A DNA stretch of 64,000 nucleotides from Gammaproteobacteria bacterium (GTDB lineage: Bacteria; Pseudomonadota; Gammaproteobacteria; JAJFKO01): positions 27,948-91,947 of the forward strand of contig JANQRR010000017.1 of the NCBI GenBank assembly GCA_028284465.1. The letters are read 5' to 3'. The position numbers and the translations under genes were made by a program. This document shows, piece after piece, positions 1-12,889 of the stretch; position 1 is the first letter of the stretch, and the number at the start of each line of letters is the position of its first letter. The notes below the pieces were generated by a model that searched no databases, was not told the origin of the DNA, and saw only the letters and a list, made by a program, of their open reading frames with translations.

Positions 1-606
1 TTTAGCATCTTTACAAATCTCTTGTAACATCAAGCCAACTTTCACTTTGGGTAAACTATCTTCGTCAGGCAGCTTGATCTCTAAACGTGATAACAATAAT
101 AAATCTTTAATTAGCTTACCCATACGCACAGTTTGTTGATACATTTGATTATAGATAGATGTTAATGGATTTTTTTCAGCCTTATCTTGTTCAATCAAAT
201 TTTCTAAATAGCCATGAACCACCGTCAATGGGGTACGCAATTCATGTGAAACGTTAGCCACAAAATCTCGGCGCATCATTTCCAAACGACGAATTCGAGT
301 GACATCTTTAGCAATCAATAATTGCTGCTCTTCATCATAATTGACTAACGAACATGATACGATTGTTTTATGTTCATTTAACAATTGGATCTCGATCGGT
401 TTATGCGTCTTGCGGGTGAGGAATTCTTTAAATTCACTTTGTGTTAACAGATCACCGATATAAGTATCTTGATGATCTTTTAACTCAAATAATATAGTAG
501 CTGCACGATTCCACCATAATATTTCACCGCGTGGATTAAGCGCGATAATGGCATCAGGTAAAACATCAGCTAAATGTTGATCGGTATTGCTGATTTTAGT
601 GTTCAT
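1..606 (-). CDS. phoR: Phosphate regulon sensor histidine kinase PhoR, N-terminal 202 codons. The gene runs off the window start. It begins directly with a PAS-like domain and has no transmembrane anchor.
   Basis: Manual reverse-complement translation from ATG at 606 is open to position 1: MNTKISNTDQHLADVLPDAIIALNPRGEILWWNRAA...VSHELRTPLTVVHGYLENL (HisKA H-box). Overlaps phoB stop by 11 nt. Confidence 0.8.
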   Translation of the reverse strand, partial: MNTKISNTDQHLADVLPDAIIALNPRGEILWWNRAATILFELKDHQDTYIGDLLTQSEFKEFLTRKTHKPIEIQLLNEHKTIVSCSLVNYDEEQQLLIAKDVTRIRRLEMMRRDFVANVSHELRTPLTVVHGYLENLIEQDKAEKNPLTSIYNQMYQQTVRMGKLIKDLLLLSRLEIKLPDEDSLPKVKVGLMLQEICKDAK

Positions 607-1318
607 GTTGATATGCAACAAACTTATAACCTGAACCGCGCACGGTTTTAATTAAATCGGCACAATCATACTGACTTAATGCTTTACGCAAGCGGCGTAT
701 TTGTACATCTACCGTTCTTTCATCATGATAAACATTAGCACCCCAAACATGATTAAGTAATTGCCCACGACTGTAAACACGGTCTTGGTGAGTTGCTAAA
801 AATCGCAATAACTGATATTCGATCGGTGATAATTGCACGATATTACCTGCGATTGTTACTCGATGCGCAGCAACATCAATACATAAATCATTAATTTCAA
901 TTTTGCCTTCTGGTGATACCAATGGCCCACGCCGCAACACAGCTCTGATCCGCGCGACTAATTCCTTAGGCGAGAAAGGCTTAACGATATAATCATCAAC
1001 TCCAATGTCAAAACCACGAATTTTACTTTCTTCTTCTGCTCGCGCTGTTAACATAATGAGAGGAATATTGCGTGTAAGAGCATCACGCTTAAAATTCTTG
1101 GCAATCTCAATGCCACTCAGGCCAGGTAACATCCAATCTAGCAAAATCAAATCCGGAAGATTTTTTTTAATCACTGCTTGTGCAGATTTAGCATCGCCAG
1201 CCTCACCAATAGCAAAACCTTCCAATTCTAATGTGTAACGTACCATATCACGGATCGGTGCTTCATCTTCAATGATCAAAACAAAGGTTTTGGGCGCTTT
1301 AGTGGCTCTACGCTGCAT
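596..1318 (-). CDS. phoB: Phosphate regulon response regulator PhoB (OmpR family, receiver + winged helix)
   Basis: VLIIEDEAPIRDMV receiver motif, C-terminal OmpR-type wHTH (RLRKAL...GSGYKF); immediately upstream of phoR. Confidence 0.9.
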   Translation of the reverse strand: MQRRATKAPKTFVLIIEDEAPIRDMVRYTLELEGFAIGEAGDAKSAQAVIKKNLPDLILLDWMLPGLSGIEIAKNFKRDALTRNIPLIMLTARAEEESKIRGFDIGVDDYIVKPFSPKELVARIRAVLRRGPLVSPEGKIEINDLCIDVAAHRVTIAGNIVQLSPIEYQLLRFLATHQDRVYSRGQLLNHVWGANVYHDERTVDVQIRRLRKALSQYDCADLIKTVRGSGYKFVAYQHEH

Positions 1319-1556
1319 TTTTTTCCTTCAATATCAATTCACTAGCTTTGCTTATATAAGATATTCTAACGAATATTATGGAGCCATGCTAGTAAATAAC
1401 CTATTAATTACGTGATCAAATTATGCTAAAATCCCCTTGGCTCAAGACGAGGCGCAGAGATTTTTTTACGCAGGAGTTTACTAAAGTAAATGACTGCGTA
1501 GGAAAATCTGTGCAACGAAGTCTTGGGCCAAAAGACGAAGTTATTGAGAGGGTAAA

Positions 1557-1769
1557 ATGAGAAAATATGCTACTGATGACCAAACCCGCGGCAACACCAA
1601 AGCCAAATACGAAGTCACCGCTGCGGATCTGCCATTATCCTGCCCACTACCTAAATTTCGTTTATGGGATTCTCACCCTCGAGTTTATTTACCAATTGAA
1701 GAAACTGGCCATGCAGTTTGCCCGTACTGTGATGCTGAATATGTATTAATTAAACAAAATGAAACATAA
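1557..1769 (+). CDS. Small zinc-finger protein of zf-CHCC type (COG4391-like), first gene of the LPS core cluster
   Basis: 70 aa ...HPRVYLPIEETGHAVCPYCDAEY... pattern typical of the CHCC zinc-finger domain; overlaps waaF start by 11 nt. Confidence 0.5.
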   Translation: MRKYATDDQTRGNTKAKYEVTAADLPLSCPLPKFRLWDSHPRVYLPIEETGHAVCPYCDAEYVLIKQNET

Positions 1770-2781
1770 ATTTCTTATCATTGGCCCTGCTTGGGTTGGC
1801 GATATGGTGATGTCACAAACGCTATATCAACGACTCAAACAAATTTACCCAGATTGTATCATTGATGTTATTGCACCTGCTTGGAGTGAAGCAATCCTAG
1901 CTCGTATGCCTGAAGTTAACACTGCTATTCACTTGCCAATAACTCATGGTGAATTAAAATTGCGACAACGTTATCAACTTGCTAAAAGTTTACGCCAACG
2001 TTGTTATACTCATGCTATCGTATTACCTAACTCATGGAAATCTGCATTAATCCCTTGGTGGGCAAAGATCCCCACACGTACGGGTTATCGTGGTGAAATG
2101 CGTTGGGGTTTACTCAATGACATTCGCACATTGGACAAACAGCGTTATCCATTAATGATTGAACAATTCATGGCTTTAGCACAAACTACTAATAAAACTC
2201 ACGCTTGTAAACCGCGACTAATAGTTTCTGCCACTGATGTCGACACTGCGTTACACAAACATCATCTTAATACTCATAACAAACCTATTTTAGGCTTATG
2301 CCCTGGCGCAGAATATGGCCCTGCTAAACGTTGGCCGGCACAACACTTTGCAACCGTTGCAAAAGAAAAACTGGCTCAAGGCTGGCAAATATGGATTTTT
2401 GGATCTGCTAAAGAACAACCGATTGCCACTACAATTCAACAACATTGCCAACAAAAATGTATTGATTTAACCGGAAAAACCAATTTAGCACAAGCCATAG
2501 ACTTACTTTCATTAACTGATGCAGTGATCACTAATGATTCCGGTTTAATGCATATTGCTAGTGCATTACAACGACCATTAATTGCATTATATGGTTCATC
2601 AAGCCCTGCATTTACTCCACCTTTATCGGCTAATGCAAAAATACTTTCACTACAGCTTAGCTGTAGCCCATGTTTTAAGCGCGAATGTCCTTTAGGTCAT
2701 TTTAAATGTTTAACTGATTTAATGCCGCAAAGAGTATTAAATACCTTAAATGAACTATTAACCACGGCAACACCATCATGA
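1759..2781 (+). CDS. waaF: ADP-heptose:LPS heptosyltransferase II
   Basis: N-terminus MKHKFLIIGPAWVGDMVMSQTLYQRLKQIYPDCIIDVIAPAWSEAILARMPEVN closely parallels E. coli WaaF; GT9 family. Confidence 0.9.
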   Translation: MKHKFLIIGPAWVGDMVMSQTLYQRLKQIYPDCIIDVIAPAWSEAILARMPEVNTAIHLPITHGELKLRQRYQLAKSLRQRCYTHAIVLPNSWKSALIPWWAKIPTRTGYRGEMRWGLLNDIRTLDKQRYPLMIEQFMALAQTTNKTHACKPRLIVSATDVDTALHKHHLNTHNKPILGLCPGAEYGPAKRWPAQHFATVAKEKLAQGWQIWIFGSAKEQPIATTIQQHCQQKCIDLTGKTNLAQAIDLLSLTDAVITNDSGLMHIASALQRPLIALYGSSSPAFTPPLSANAKILSLQLSCSPCFKRECPLGHFKCLTDLMPQRVLNTLNELLTTATPS

Positions 2782-3797
2782 AAATATTATTAATTAAAAC
2801 TACTTCGATGGGTGATGTTATTCATTCGTTGCCTGCGTTAACTGACGCCGCCGATCACATCACTGATCTACAATGTGATTGGGTTGTTGAAACTAGTTTT
2901 AGTGATATTCCAAAATTACATCCTGCGGTTAACAATATTATTCCTGTGGCAATACGTCGTTGGCGCAAACATCTTATTAGCGCCATTATGAATGGTGACA
3001 TTAAACGATTTTTACAGCAATTACGCGCTACTAATTATGATTACATCATTGATGGCCAAGGCTTAATTAAAAGTGCATGTATCGCTCGACTAGCACGTGG
3101 CATACGCTGTGGTTTTGATCGCACGTCAGCGCGTGAAGCATTAGCGACATTAGGTTATAAACGTACTTTCACAGCTTCGTGGCAAATTCATGCAGTAGAA
3201 CGACAGCGACAATTATTCGCCCAAGCATTAGGTTATCGCATTCCACAAAGCATTCCTAATTATGGCATTCCTCGAACGCAATTTGATAAACCATGCAATG
3301 AAACTCCATACATTATATTTTTGCATGGCACTACTTGGGCTACGAAACACTGGCCAGAATCTTATTGGTTAGCATTAGCTAAACTAGCGGCAGCTAAAGG
3401 CTTTAGAATAAAACTTCCTTGGGGTAATAACATAGAATACAATCGCGCGAAGCGTTTACACGCGCAATGCGCACACATTGATGTGTTAGAGAAAATGTCC
3501 ATAAATACATTAAGCAAGGTTATTGCTCACGCCAAAGCTGCAGTTGCAGTTGATACTGGCCTTGGACATCTTGCTGCTGCTTTGCAAGTACCAACCATTT
3601 CTATTTATGGCGCAACTGATCCACAATTAACAGGCACCATAGGGATCAAGCAAATTCATGTTGCCGCACAATTTGAGTGTGCTCCCTGCTTGCAAAAGAA
3701 ATGCAGCTATCGTGATAAATCCGCTGTCAAACCTGCTTGTTTTTCCTCGGTAGATCCGAAGCGAGTCTGGGAGCAGCTTATTGGTTTCATGAGCTGA
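2778..3797 (+). CDS. waaC: ADP-heptose:LPS heptosyltransferase I
   Basis: MKILLIKTTSMGDVIHSLPALTDA...VIPVAIRRWRK...KLPWG collinear with E. coli WaaC; ATGA overlap with waaF. Confidence 0.9.
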   Translation: MKILLIKTTSMGDVIHSLPALTDAADHITDLQCDWVVETSFSDIPKLHPAVNNIIPVAIRRWRKHLISAIMNGDIKRFLQQLRATNYDYIIDGQGLIKSACIARLARGIRCGFDRTSAREALATLGYKRTFTASWQIHAVERQRQLFAQALGYRIPQSIPNYGIPRTQFDKPCNETPYIIFLHGTTWATKHWPESYWLALAKLAAAKGFRIKLPWGNNIEYNRAKRLHAQCAHIDVLEKMSINTLSKVIAHAKAAVAVDTGLGHLAAALQVPTISIYGATDPQLTGTIGIKQIHVAAQFECAPCLQKKCSYRDKSAVKPACFSSVDPKRVWEQLIGFMS

Positions 3798-3800
3798 AGT

Positions 3801-3830
3801 GGATCCCCCAGTCAAGCCGCGGGATGACAA
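3801..3830. repeat. REP-like palindromic intergenic element, copy 1 (ggatcccccagtcaagccgcgggatgacaa)
   Basis: 27/30 nt identical to 42949-42978; contains CCGCGG core and GTCA..TGAC arms; sits 3 nt after the waaC stop. Confidence 0.6.
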
Positions 3831-3901
3831 GCTAACAAGCCACAAAATAGCAATGTAACTATCATTGAAATAAGTCAAGCTTAGCGTATAATAGCGACAT
3901 T

Positions 3902-4792
3902 ATGGATATATCAATTATTACCGTTAACTATAATACCAGCAAATATATCAGACAATGTTTGGATTCCGTCTTATCGCAGCAAGGAATTGAATTTGAAATC
4001 ATTGTCATCGATAATGCCAGCCAAGATAATAGCCTGATTATCCTCGAACAATATCGCGATAAAAACCATATTAAACTTATCGCTAATAATCAAAACCTCG
4101 GTTTTGGTCGCGCAAATAATTTAGCATTTAAATATTGCCAAGGTCGTTATATTTTTTTATTAAACCCTGATGCTAAATTCACTGAGCCTAATGCGTTAAA
4201 AAACATGTTAAGCTATATGCAACAACATCCAGAAATTGGTATTGCAGGCACTCACATTATTGACTCGGCTGGTACAAAACCGACGTTGCCAAAGCTCTTG
4301 TACCCAGGGCAAAAATATATCGCTCCTGATCCCTTTGCACAACTTCCCGGTGATATTGCTTGGATTTTAGGTGCCAGCATGATGTTGCCACGTCATGTTT
4401 ATGAACAAACGGGTGGGTTTGATGAAGATTATTTTCTCTATGGCGATGAAACAGATTGGTGCTTGCGAATTCGTAAAGCTGGCTATCACATCGGCTATAA
4501 TGCCAAAGTTAGTGTCACCCATATTGCAAGAGGCAGCGAACGTAATACACCAACGTATGATTATTGGCATAAAAAACAATGTGGACTACATTTATTTTAT
4601 CGCAAACATTATTCTCCTAAACAATGTGCATTGTTGCTTAAACGTGATTTAAAACGCAGTAAACGCCGCACATTTTTACTTAATTTGAAACAATATGTGC
4701 GCAAACTAACTCAAACTGATAAAATCAAATATGACCGCCACCAAGCTATTATTAATACTTCAAAAAAATTACTGACTGAAAATAATTTATGA
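3902..4792 (+). CDS. Family 2 glycosyltransferase (LPS core/O-chain)
   Basis: ISIITVNYNTSKYIRQCLDSVLSQ...VIDNASQDNS GT2 N-terminal signature. Confidence 0.8.
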   Translation: MDISIITVNYNTSKYIRQCLDSVLSQQGIEFEIIVIDNASQDNSLIILEQYRDKNHIKLIANNQNLGFGRANNLAFKYCQGRYIFLLNPDAKFTEPNALKNMLSYMQQHPEIGIAGTHIIDSAGTKPTLPKLLYPGQKYIAPDPFAQLPGDIAWILGASMMLPRHVYEQTGGFDEDYFLYGDETDWCLRIRKAGYHIGYNAKVSVTHIARGSERNTPTYDYWHKKQCGLHLFYRKHYSPKQCALLLKRDLKRSKRRTFLLNLKQYVRKLTQTDKIKYDRHQAIINTSKKLLTENNL

Positions 4793-5886
4793 AACTCGCA
4801 TTTTGTTTATTCAACTATTTTCCTCATGGCGGCTTACAAAAAATGTTTTTGCACGTTGCCAAAGCGAGTGTATCGCGTGGCCATGATGTCGATGTGTATA
4901 CTCAATCCTGGCAAGGTGAAAAACCTGCAAAATTAAATATTCAAATCATTCCTCAACATGGCTTTACTAATCATCGTCGCTGCCTTAATTTTAGTAATCG
5001 TTTGCAAAAGCATCTAGCACACAATAATTATGATCAAGTGATTGGGTTTAATCGTTTGCCTGGGCTCGATATTTATTTTGCAGCAGATAATTGTTATGCA
5101 TATGAACATAAATCGCAATCTAGTCATTGGCAACGTTTCAGCAAACGTGCACAAATATACCATAAGCTAGAACAAGCTGTATTTGCTGATGATTCTAAAA
5201 CTAAAATTTTATTTATCTCTAACAAACAACAACAAGGTTATGCTGCTTGCTATAACCTCGTCAAACAACGATATCAACTTTTACCACCATATGTTAATGA
5301 GGATTTCATCAATACCTCATCGACAAATACACAAACTGAACATCATCAACAAACTATTTTAATGGTTGGCTCAAGTTTTCACACAAAAGGGGTCGATCGT
5401 GCCATTCTCGCTTTTGCAAATTTGCCAGAGGCTTTACGTCAACAGTGTACGCTCAAAATTGCTGGAACCGGTAACCCTGCGAAGTTTAAACGATTAGCAA
5501 AACGTTATCATGTTAACACTCAGGTTGAATTTTTAGGCGTGCGTGATGATATTGCCACTCTTATGCGCCAAGCTGATCTTTTACTACATCCTGCGCGCAA
5601 AGAAGCTGGTGGCAATGTATTACTTGAAGCGATGGCTTGCGGTTTACCAGTATTAACAACCGCAAACTGCGGCTATGCAGAGTATATTCTAGCAGCTAAT
5701 GCTGGTATAATTATACCCGAGCCATATTCACAAACGCTATGTAACCAACAATTAAGGATAATGCTAACAAATGAACAACGTTCTATTTGGAGTGAAAATG
5801 GCAAGCGCTTTGTGCAACAACACAAGATGCACACTTTGCCACAACAAATCGTTAAAATAATTGAGGCAAACTGGAATGCACGCTGA
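4789..5886 (+). CDS. waaG: LPS core glucosyltransferase I (GT4, WaaG/RfaG-like)
   Basis: MKLAFCLFNYFPHGGLQKMF...QSWQGE...GLDIYFAADNCYA...LLHPARKEAGGNVLLEAMACGLPVLTTANCGYAEYI collinear with E. coli WaaG. Confidence 0.85.
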   Translation: MKLAFCLFNYFPHGGLQKMFLHVAKASVSRGHDVDVYTQSWQGEKPAKLNIQIIPQHGFTNHRRCLNFSNRLQKHLAHNNYDQVIGFNRLPGLDIYFAADNCYAYEHKSQSSHWQRFSKRAQIYHKLEQAVFADDSKTKILFISNKQQQGYAACYNLVKQRYQLLPPYVNEDFINTSSTNTQTEHHQQTILMVGSSFHTKGVDRAILAFANLPEALRQQCTLKIAGTGNPAKFKRLAKRYHVNTQVEFLGVRDDIATLMRQADLLLHPARKEAGGNVLLEAMACGLPVLTTANCGYAEYILAANAGIIIPEPYSQTLCNQQLRIMLTNEQRSIWSENGKRFVQQHKMHTLPQQIVKIIEANWNAR

Positions 5887-7285
5887 ACCTAAATTTCCAT
5901 TTACCTTATCGCTCTTCAATGCAAGTCAACCACTAGTTTGTCAACAAACATTGCGATTTATTCCCAATAAACGCTTAGTTGTTAAAGGTGAATGGCAAAA
6001 GAAAAGAGTCGTTGCAAAATTATTTTTTACTTTAAAAGCCGAAAAAGCTTTACAACGTGAAATTAATGGTTTGCGTGCATTACAAACTGCTGGATTACTT
6101 ACTCCAAAGATTTTGTATACAGGGACTGATCAAACGCATAAAATTAAAATTTTAATCATCGAACACATCGACAGTAATTATCCAATTGATCAGATCTGGC
6201 AGCCACAACATGCCAACAGTGAACTCAAAAAACGTTTACTGCAAGCTATTGTCACTGATCTAGCTTCGCAGCATCAAGCTGGCTTGCGTCAGCTCGATAT
6301 GCACCCAAACAATTTTATTATTCATGATAAAGGTATTTATCACATTGATGGCGATGCAATCACTTGCACAGCTAATAATACACCGTTGCCTAAAAAAGCA
6401 AGTTACTACAATCTTGCTAGTTTATTTTCATTATTGTATCCACAACAAGATCACCTTTGTGAAAGTTTAATTAAATTATACACTGCCAAACGCGATTGGC
6501 AGTATTCTCCTGCTATATTCAATTATGTTAGAAAATTACAATTTCGATTTCGACGGTTACGCATTAAGCGTTACTTAAAAAAATCATGCCGCAACGGTAG
6601 CAAATTTATCAAACATCAAAATTCAACTCAGCTGCGCATCTGTCGACGCAAATATTACACGCCAGCTATGCAGAAATTATTACACAATCCCGATCAAGTG
6701 ATTGCAACTGCAGAAATAATTAAAGCTGGCAATAGTAGCACTGTTGCTAAAATAAAAATAGATAATAAATTTATGGTGATCAAACGCTATAACATCAAGA
6801 ATTTTAGACATCGACTTAAGCGCTTGCTACGAACAAGCCGCGCCCTTAAATCTTGGCGCAATGCGCATTGTCTCATTCATTACGGTTTAGCCACTCCCAA
6901 GCCAATTGCGCTATTAGAAAAACGTTTTGGCCCTCTACGCAGTAAAGCTTATTTTATTTGTAGCTATGTTGATGCCCATAATGCGGATGATTATTTTCAA
7001 CAAACAACAGCTGATAATAAAGATAAACAACGACAAGCTCAGGCTATCAAGCAATACATTAATGATTTAGCGAAACTTAAAATTTATCATGGCGATATGA
7101 AAGCGACCAATTGGCTCATCGGCACTGATCACGTTTACCTAACCGATCTTGATAGCATGAAAAGAATTCACAACAAACGTCGCTTGCGGCGCGCTCTTAA
7201 AAAAGATCGCCAACGTTTTTTGCGAAATTGGCATGATGATGAAAATTTGCTTGCGTTGTTTGCTGATCTGAATGATGTGATTTAA
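5876..7285 (+). CDS. LPS kinase-family protein with two tandem Kdo/WaaP-type kinase-like domains (KdkA/WaaY-like fusion). Start may be 5861.
   Basis: Two halves each with kinase catalytic-loop-like motifs (LDMHPNNFIIHD... and IYHGDMKATNWLIGTDHVYLTDLDSM); location inside the LPS core cluster. Confidence 0.5.
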   Translation: MHAEPKFPFTLSLFNASQPLVCQQTLRFIPNKRLVVKGEWQKKRVVAKLFFTLKAEKALQREINGLRALQTAGLLTPKILYTGTDQTHKIKILIIEHIDSNYPIDQIWQPQHANSELKKRLLQAIVTDLASQHQAGLRQLDMHPNNFIIHDKGIYHIDGDAITCTANNTPLPKKASYYNLASLFSLLYPQQDHLCESLIKLYTAKRDWQYSPAIFNYVRKLQFRFRRLRIKRYLKKSCRNGSKFIKHQNSTQLRICRRKYYTPAMQKLLHNPDQVIATAEIIKAGNSSTVAKIKIDNKFMVIKRYNIKNFRHRLKRLLRTSRALKSWRNAHCLIHYGLATPKPIALLEKRFGPLRSKAYFICSYVDAHNADDYFQQTTADNKDKQRQAQAIKQYINDLAKLKIYHGDMKATNWLIGTDHVYLTDLDSMKRIHNKRRLRRALKKDRQRFLRNWHDDENLLALFADLNDVI

Positions 7286-7323
7286 ACACAAAATTTTAAC
7301 TAACTTTTAACTAATCTTTAGTT

Positions 7324-7455
7324 TCATTCTGCATTTTGTTGAATTCGACGATTATTACGTAACCATTGTTCATACATGGATTTAGCTCTTGGAAAATCAT
7401 GTGCTAATACATTCATGATTTTTTGTTGCTGTTCAAGGGGTAGTTGCTTAAACAT
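7324..7455 (-). CDS. Possible 43-aa small protein (MFKQLPLEQQQKIMNVLAHDFPRAKSMYEQWLRNNRRIQQNAE) in the long convergent intergenic gap
   Basis: ORF found by manual translation; weak SD; no homology recognised. Confidence 0.2.
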   Translation of the reverse strand: MFKQLPLEQQQKIMNVLAHDFPRAKSMYEQWLRNNRRIQQNAE

Positions 7456-7487
7456 TTTTTATGTACTCACTGTTTTGGTTAAAAGTT

Positions 7488-7517
7488 CCTATAAAGAACT
7501 TCCATGCTCTTTATAGG
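7488..7517. terminator. Candidate bidirectional terminator hairpin between convergent LPS operon and gyrB-waaP
   Basis: Perfect 9-bp inverted repeat cctataaag/ctttatagg with 12-nt loop, T-rich flanks on both strands; AT-rich stem so weak. Confidence 0.3.
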
Positions 7518-7767
7518 TCCAAGTTGTTGTATTGCCTCCATGCTCATAATTCCATATTCTTATTGTCTTGGTCACCGTTCCCGGTGATGGGGCTCCTTGC
7601 AGAAGTTATTCCTTGTTGCTCCTTTAACTCTGTGTTCATTTTACTCACTACCAAGATTTTATTGAAGAAGATATGCTCAGTCAGTCTTGTAAGAGATCTG
7701 CCATTTTAGTTTGAGATATACTGGAATATTTTCATTTAAATTGCTGTTTTTTATGCCATTTCTGCAT

Positions 7768-11071
<3,304 letters not shown>

Positions 11072-11149
11072 TTACAGTTTTTACAGCCTTTTAGCCATAT
11101 ATTCCTTGCTGGAGCGAATTATTTTTGCAAAAAACTTTAATCACAATTT

Positions 11150-12889
11150 TTAATCCAAATGTAGCGGTGGCAAGGTATCATTATTTTGTTTAGCACTTTT
11201 ATGTGAATTTGATTTTGCCAAATTTGAACGCAATGTTTGCCAAAAGTTTTTCCCAGACCAAACCTTATGTGGATCTTTGTAGAGTGCCTCATCTAACTCT
11301 GTCAACAATGCAGTTAGCTCTGGATTATCAAGCTGCTGACTAATATCTCCTAAATTACGAATTGATGCTTGTGGCCAATTAGCTTGTGCCCAAGCTAACA
11401 ACGCTTTGCGCAAAGCATGTTTATCATTCGCTAAGCTTGCTTTTTTAATGGCTGTTAAAAAAGTTTTTGCTGGTTGATGTTGGATTTTTGCTAATTTCGG
11501 CTCGCGTTGTCGCCACCAGAAAAACAATGTCGCTAACCATAAAATTAGCAAAATAACGGCAAGCCAAAGCCAACGATTATGTATGATTTCATGAGGGCCT
11601 TGGTTCGTTTGCTGGGTTGGGCCAGTAAGCTTCAATGCTGTTGGTAATGATGGCGATGGTTTTATCTTAGGAGCAGCTGGCGCTAAACGCTTGGCGCCAC
11701 TACTTGCTAGCGCTGGCAGGATAGTGACAGTTTTTGCCGGCAAGCTGGCAACGTGTGGTTTACGGGTTTGCGGATCCCACCAATGCACTTTAACCGCCGG
11801 CAAAGTAAATTTACCGGCTTTTTCAGGAATTAACGCAATTCGCTCAGTGCGTGTACCGATCACTCCTTGGGGGCCTGCATTATTTTGTAAGTACGGTTTA
11901 TCTGGATAGGTTTTAAATTCTGATAATGTTTGTTTAGCAACACTGGGCAGCTGACCCGCTGTCACGCCTACTCCAGAAATTATAATCGTACGGGTAACTG
12001 GCTCATTGACACGTAATCTATTTGGGCTTACTGACCAACCATCTTGGATCACCACGCGTTGTGCTGGTAGCCATTGTGAATAAGGCACGTTAGCCGGTTT
12101 ACGTTGCACATGTAATTTCAATGTTTTTGCTTTGATATGAATAGGCTTGCGTGCTCCAACGCCAAAAATCTGATCGATAGGTGATCGTGAGTTAGTATCG
12201 ATATATCCAGAAAATGTTGGCGGATGTATAGTAACTTTACCTGCATCTTGTGGGAAAATAACATAACGACGCTCAACAACTTGATAAAGCTGTTGATGGC
12301 GAGTAGTTTGATACATAATATCGCGCCCTAAACGTTTAATTAGTGCATTAGCAACTTTGGGCGGGGTTAAGGTTGGCTGTGCGATATTTACATCAAAATA
12401 AATCTGGACAGTATACATGACTTGGCTTTGCTGAAAAGGTGCTGTTGGTGTGACTTTTACATCTAAATAGATATCTTGCTTTTCACCAGCACTAACACTT
12501 CGTGAAGCCGCCTGTGGAGTCATTTTTTTTACTTCGATAGTGATCGGTTGCGTTGTTAACTTACCCAAACGAATCGCGGGTATAGTAATTTTGCCTGTAT
12601 GTCGTGCCGATAAGATAATATCCCAAGTTGTTTTCGTAGAAGACTTGCCATTAATATTTTTAAATTCGGTATTTTTTGCCGTCCCAAAAACTTGGAAATG
12701 TTTTTCCAATGGCAAAATATCTGGTTGGCCGTGAGCTTTGCCATGCAACGTAATAATTAATTGAAACGTTTCTCCAAATGCAATATTATTTCGGTCAACT
12801 CGCGCAGTTAAAACATTAGCTGTGCTTATTGAGGTTAATAAACCCCACAGAATAATGATGGCGAAAAACCTTCGTACTATTGTTATCAT
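11150..12889 (-). CDS. batD: BatD-like aerotolerance operon protein (signal peptide, C-terminal TM)
   Basis: 579 aa, N-terminal signal, C-terminal WLWLAVILLILWLATLFFWW anchor; last gene of moxR-DUF58-batABCD array. Confidence 0.7.
   Translation of the reverse strand: MITIVRRFFAIIILWGLLTSISTANVLTARVDRNNIAFGETFQLIITLHGKAHGQPDILPLEKHFQVFGTAKNTEFKNINGKSSTKTTWDIILSARHTGKITIPAIRLGKLTTQPITIEVKKMTPQAASRSVSAGEKQDIYLDVKVTPTAPFQQSQVMYTVQIYFDVNIAQPTLTPPKVANALIKRLGRDIMYQTTRHQQLYQVVERRYVIFPQDAGKVTIHPPTFSGYIDTNSRSPIDQIFGVGARKPIHIKAKTLKLHVQRKPANVPYSQWLPAQRVVIQDGWSVSPNRLRVNEPVTRTIIISGVGVTAGQLPSVAKQTLSEFKTYPDKPYLQNNAGPQGVIGTRTERIALIPEKAGKFTLPAVKVHWWDPQTRKPHVASLPAKTVTILPALASSGAKRLAPAAPKIKPSPSLPTALKLTGPTQQTNQGPHEIIHNRWLWLAVILLILWLATLFFWWRQREPKLAKIQHQPAKTFLTAIKKASLANDKHALRKALLAWAQANWPQASIRNLGDISQQLDNPELTALLTELDEALYKDPHKVWSGKNFWQTLRSNLAKSNSHKSAKQNNDTLPPLHLD

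Noticed and set aside
1319-1556. Pho box upstream of phoB / JUMPStart-ops element upstream of the LPS operon
   Set aside because: Only loose CTG(C/T)-type half-sites with wrong spacing. No GGCGGTAG ops motif seen.
7461-7709. 82-aa ORF in the long intergenic gap
   Set aside because: No SD, strongly hydrophobic random-looking composition, overlaps the candidate terminator hairpin.
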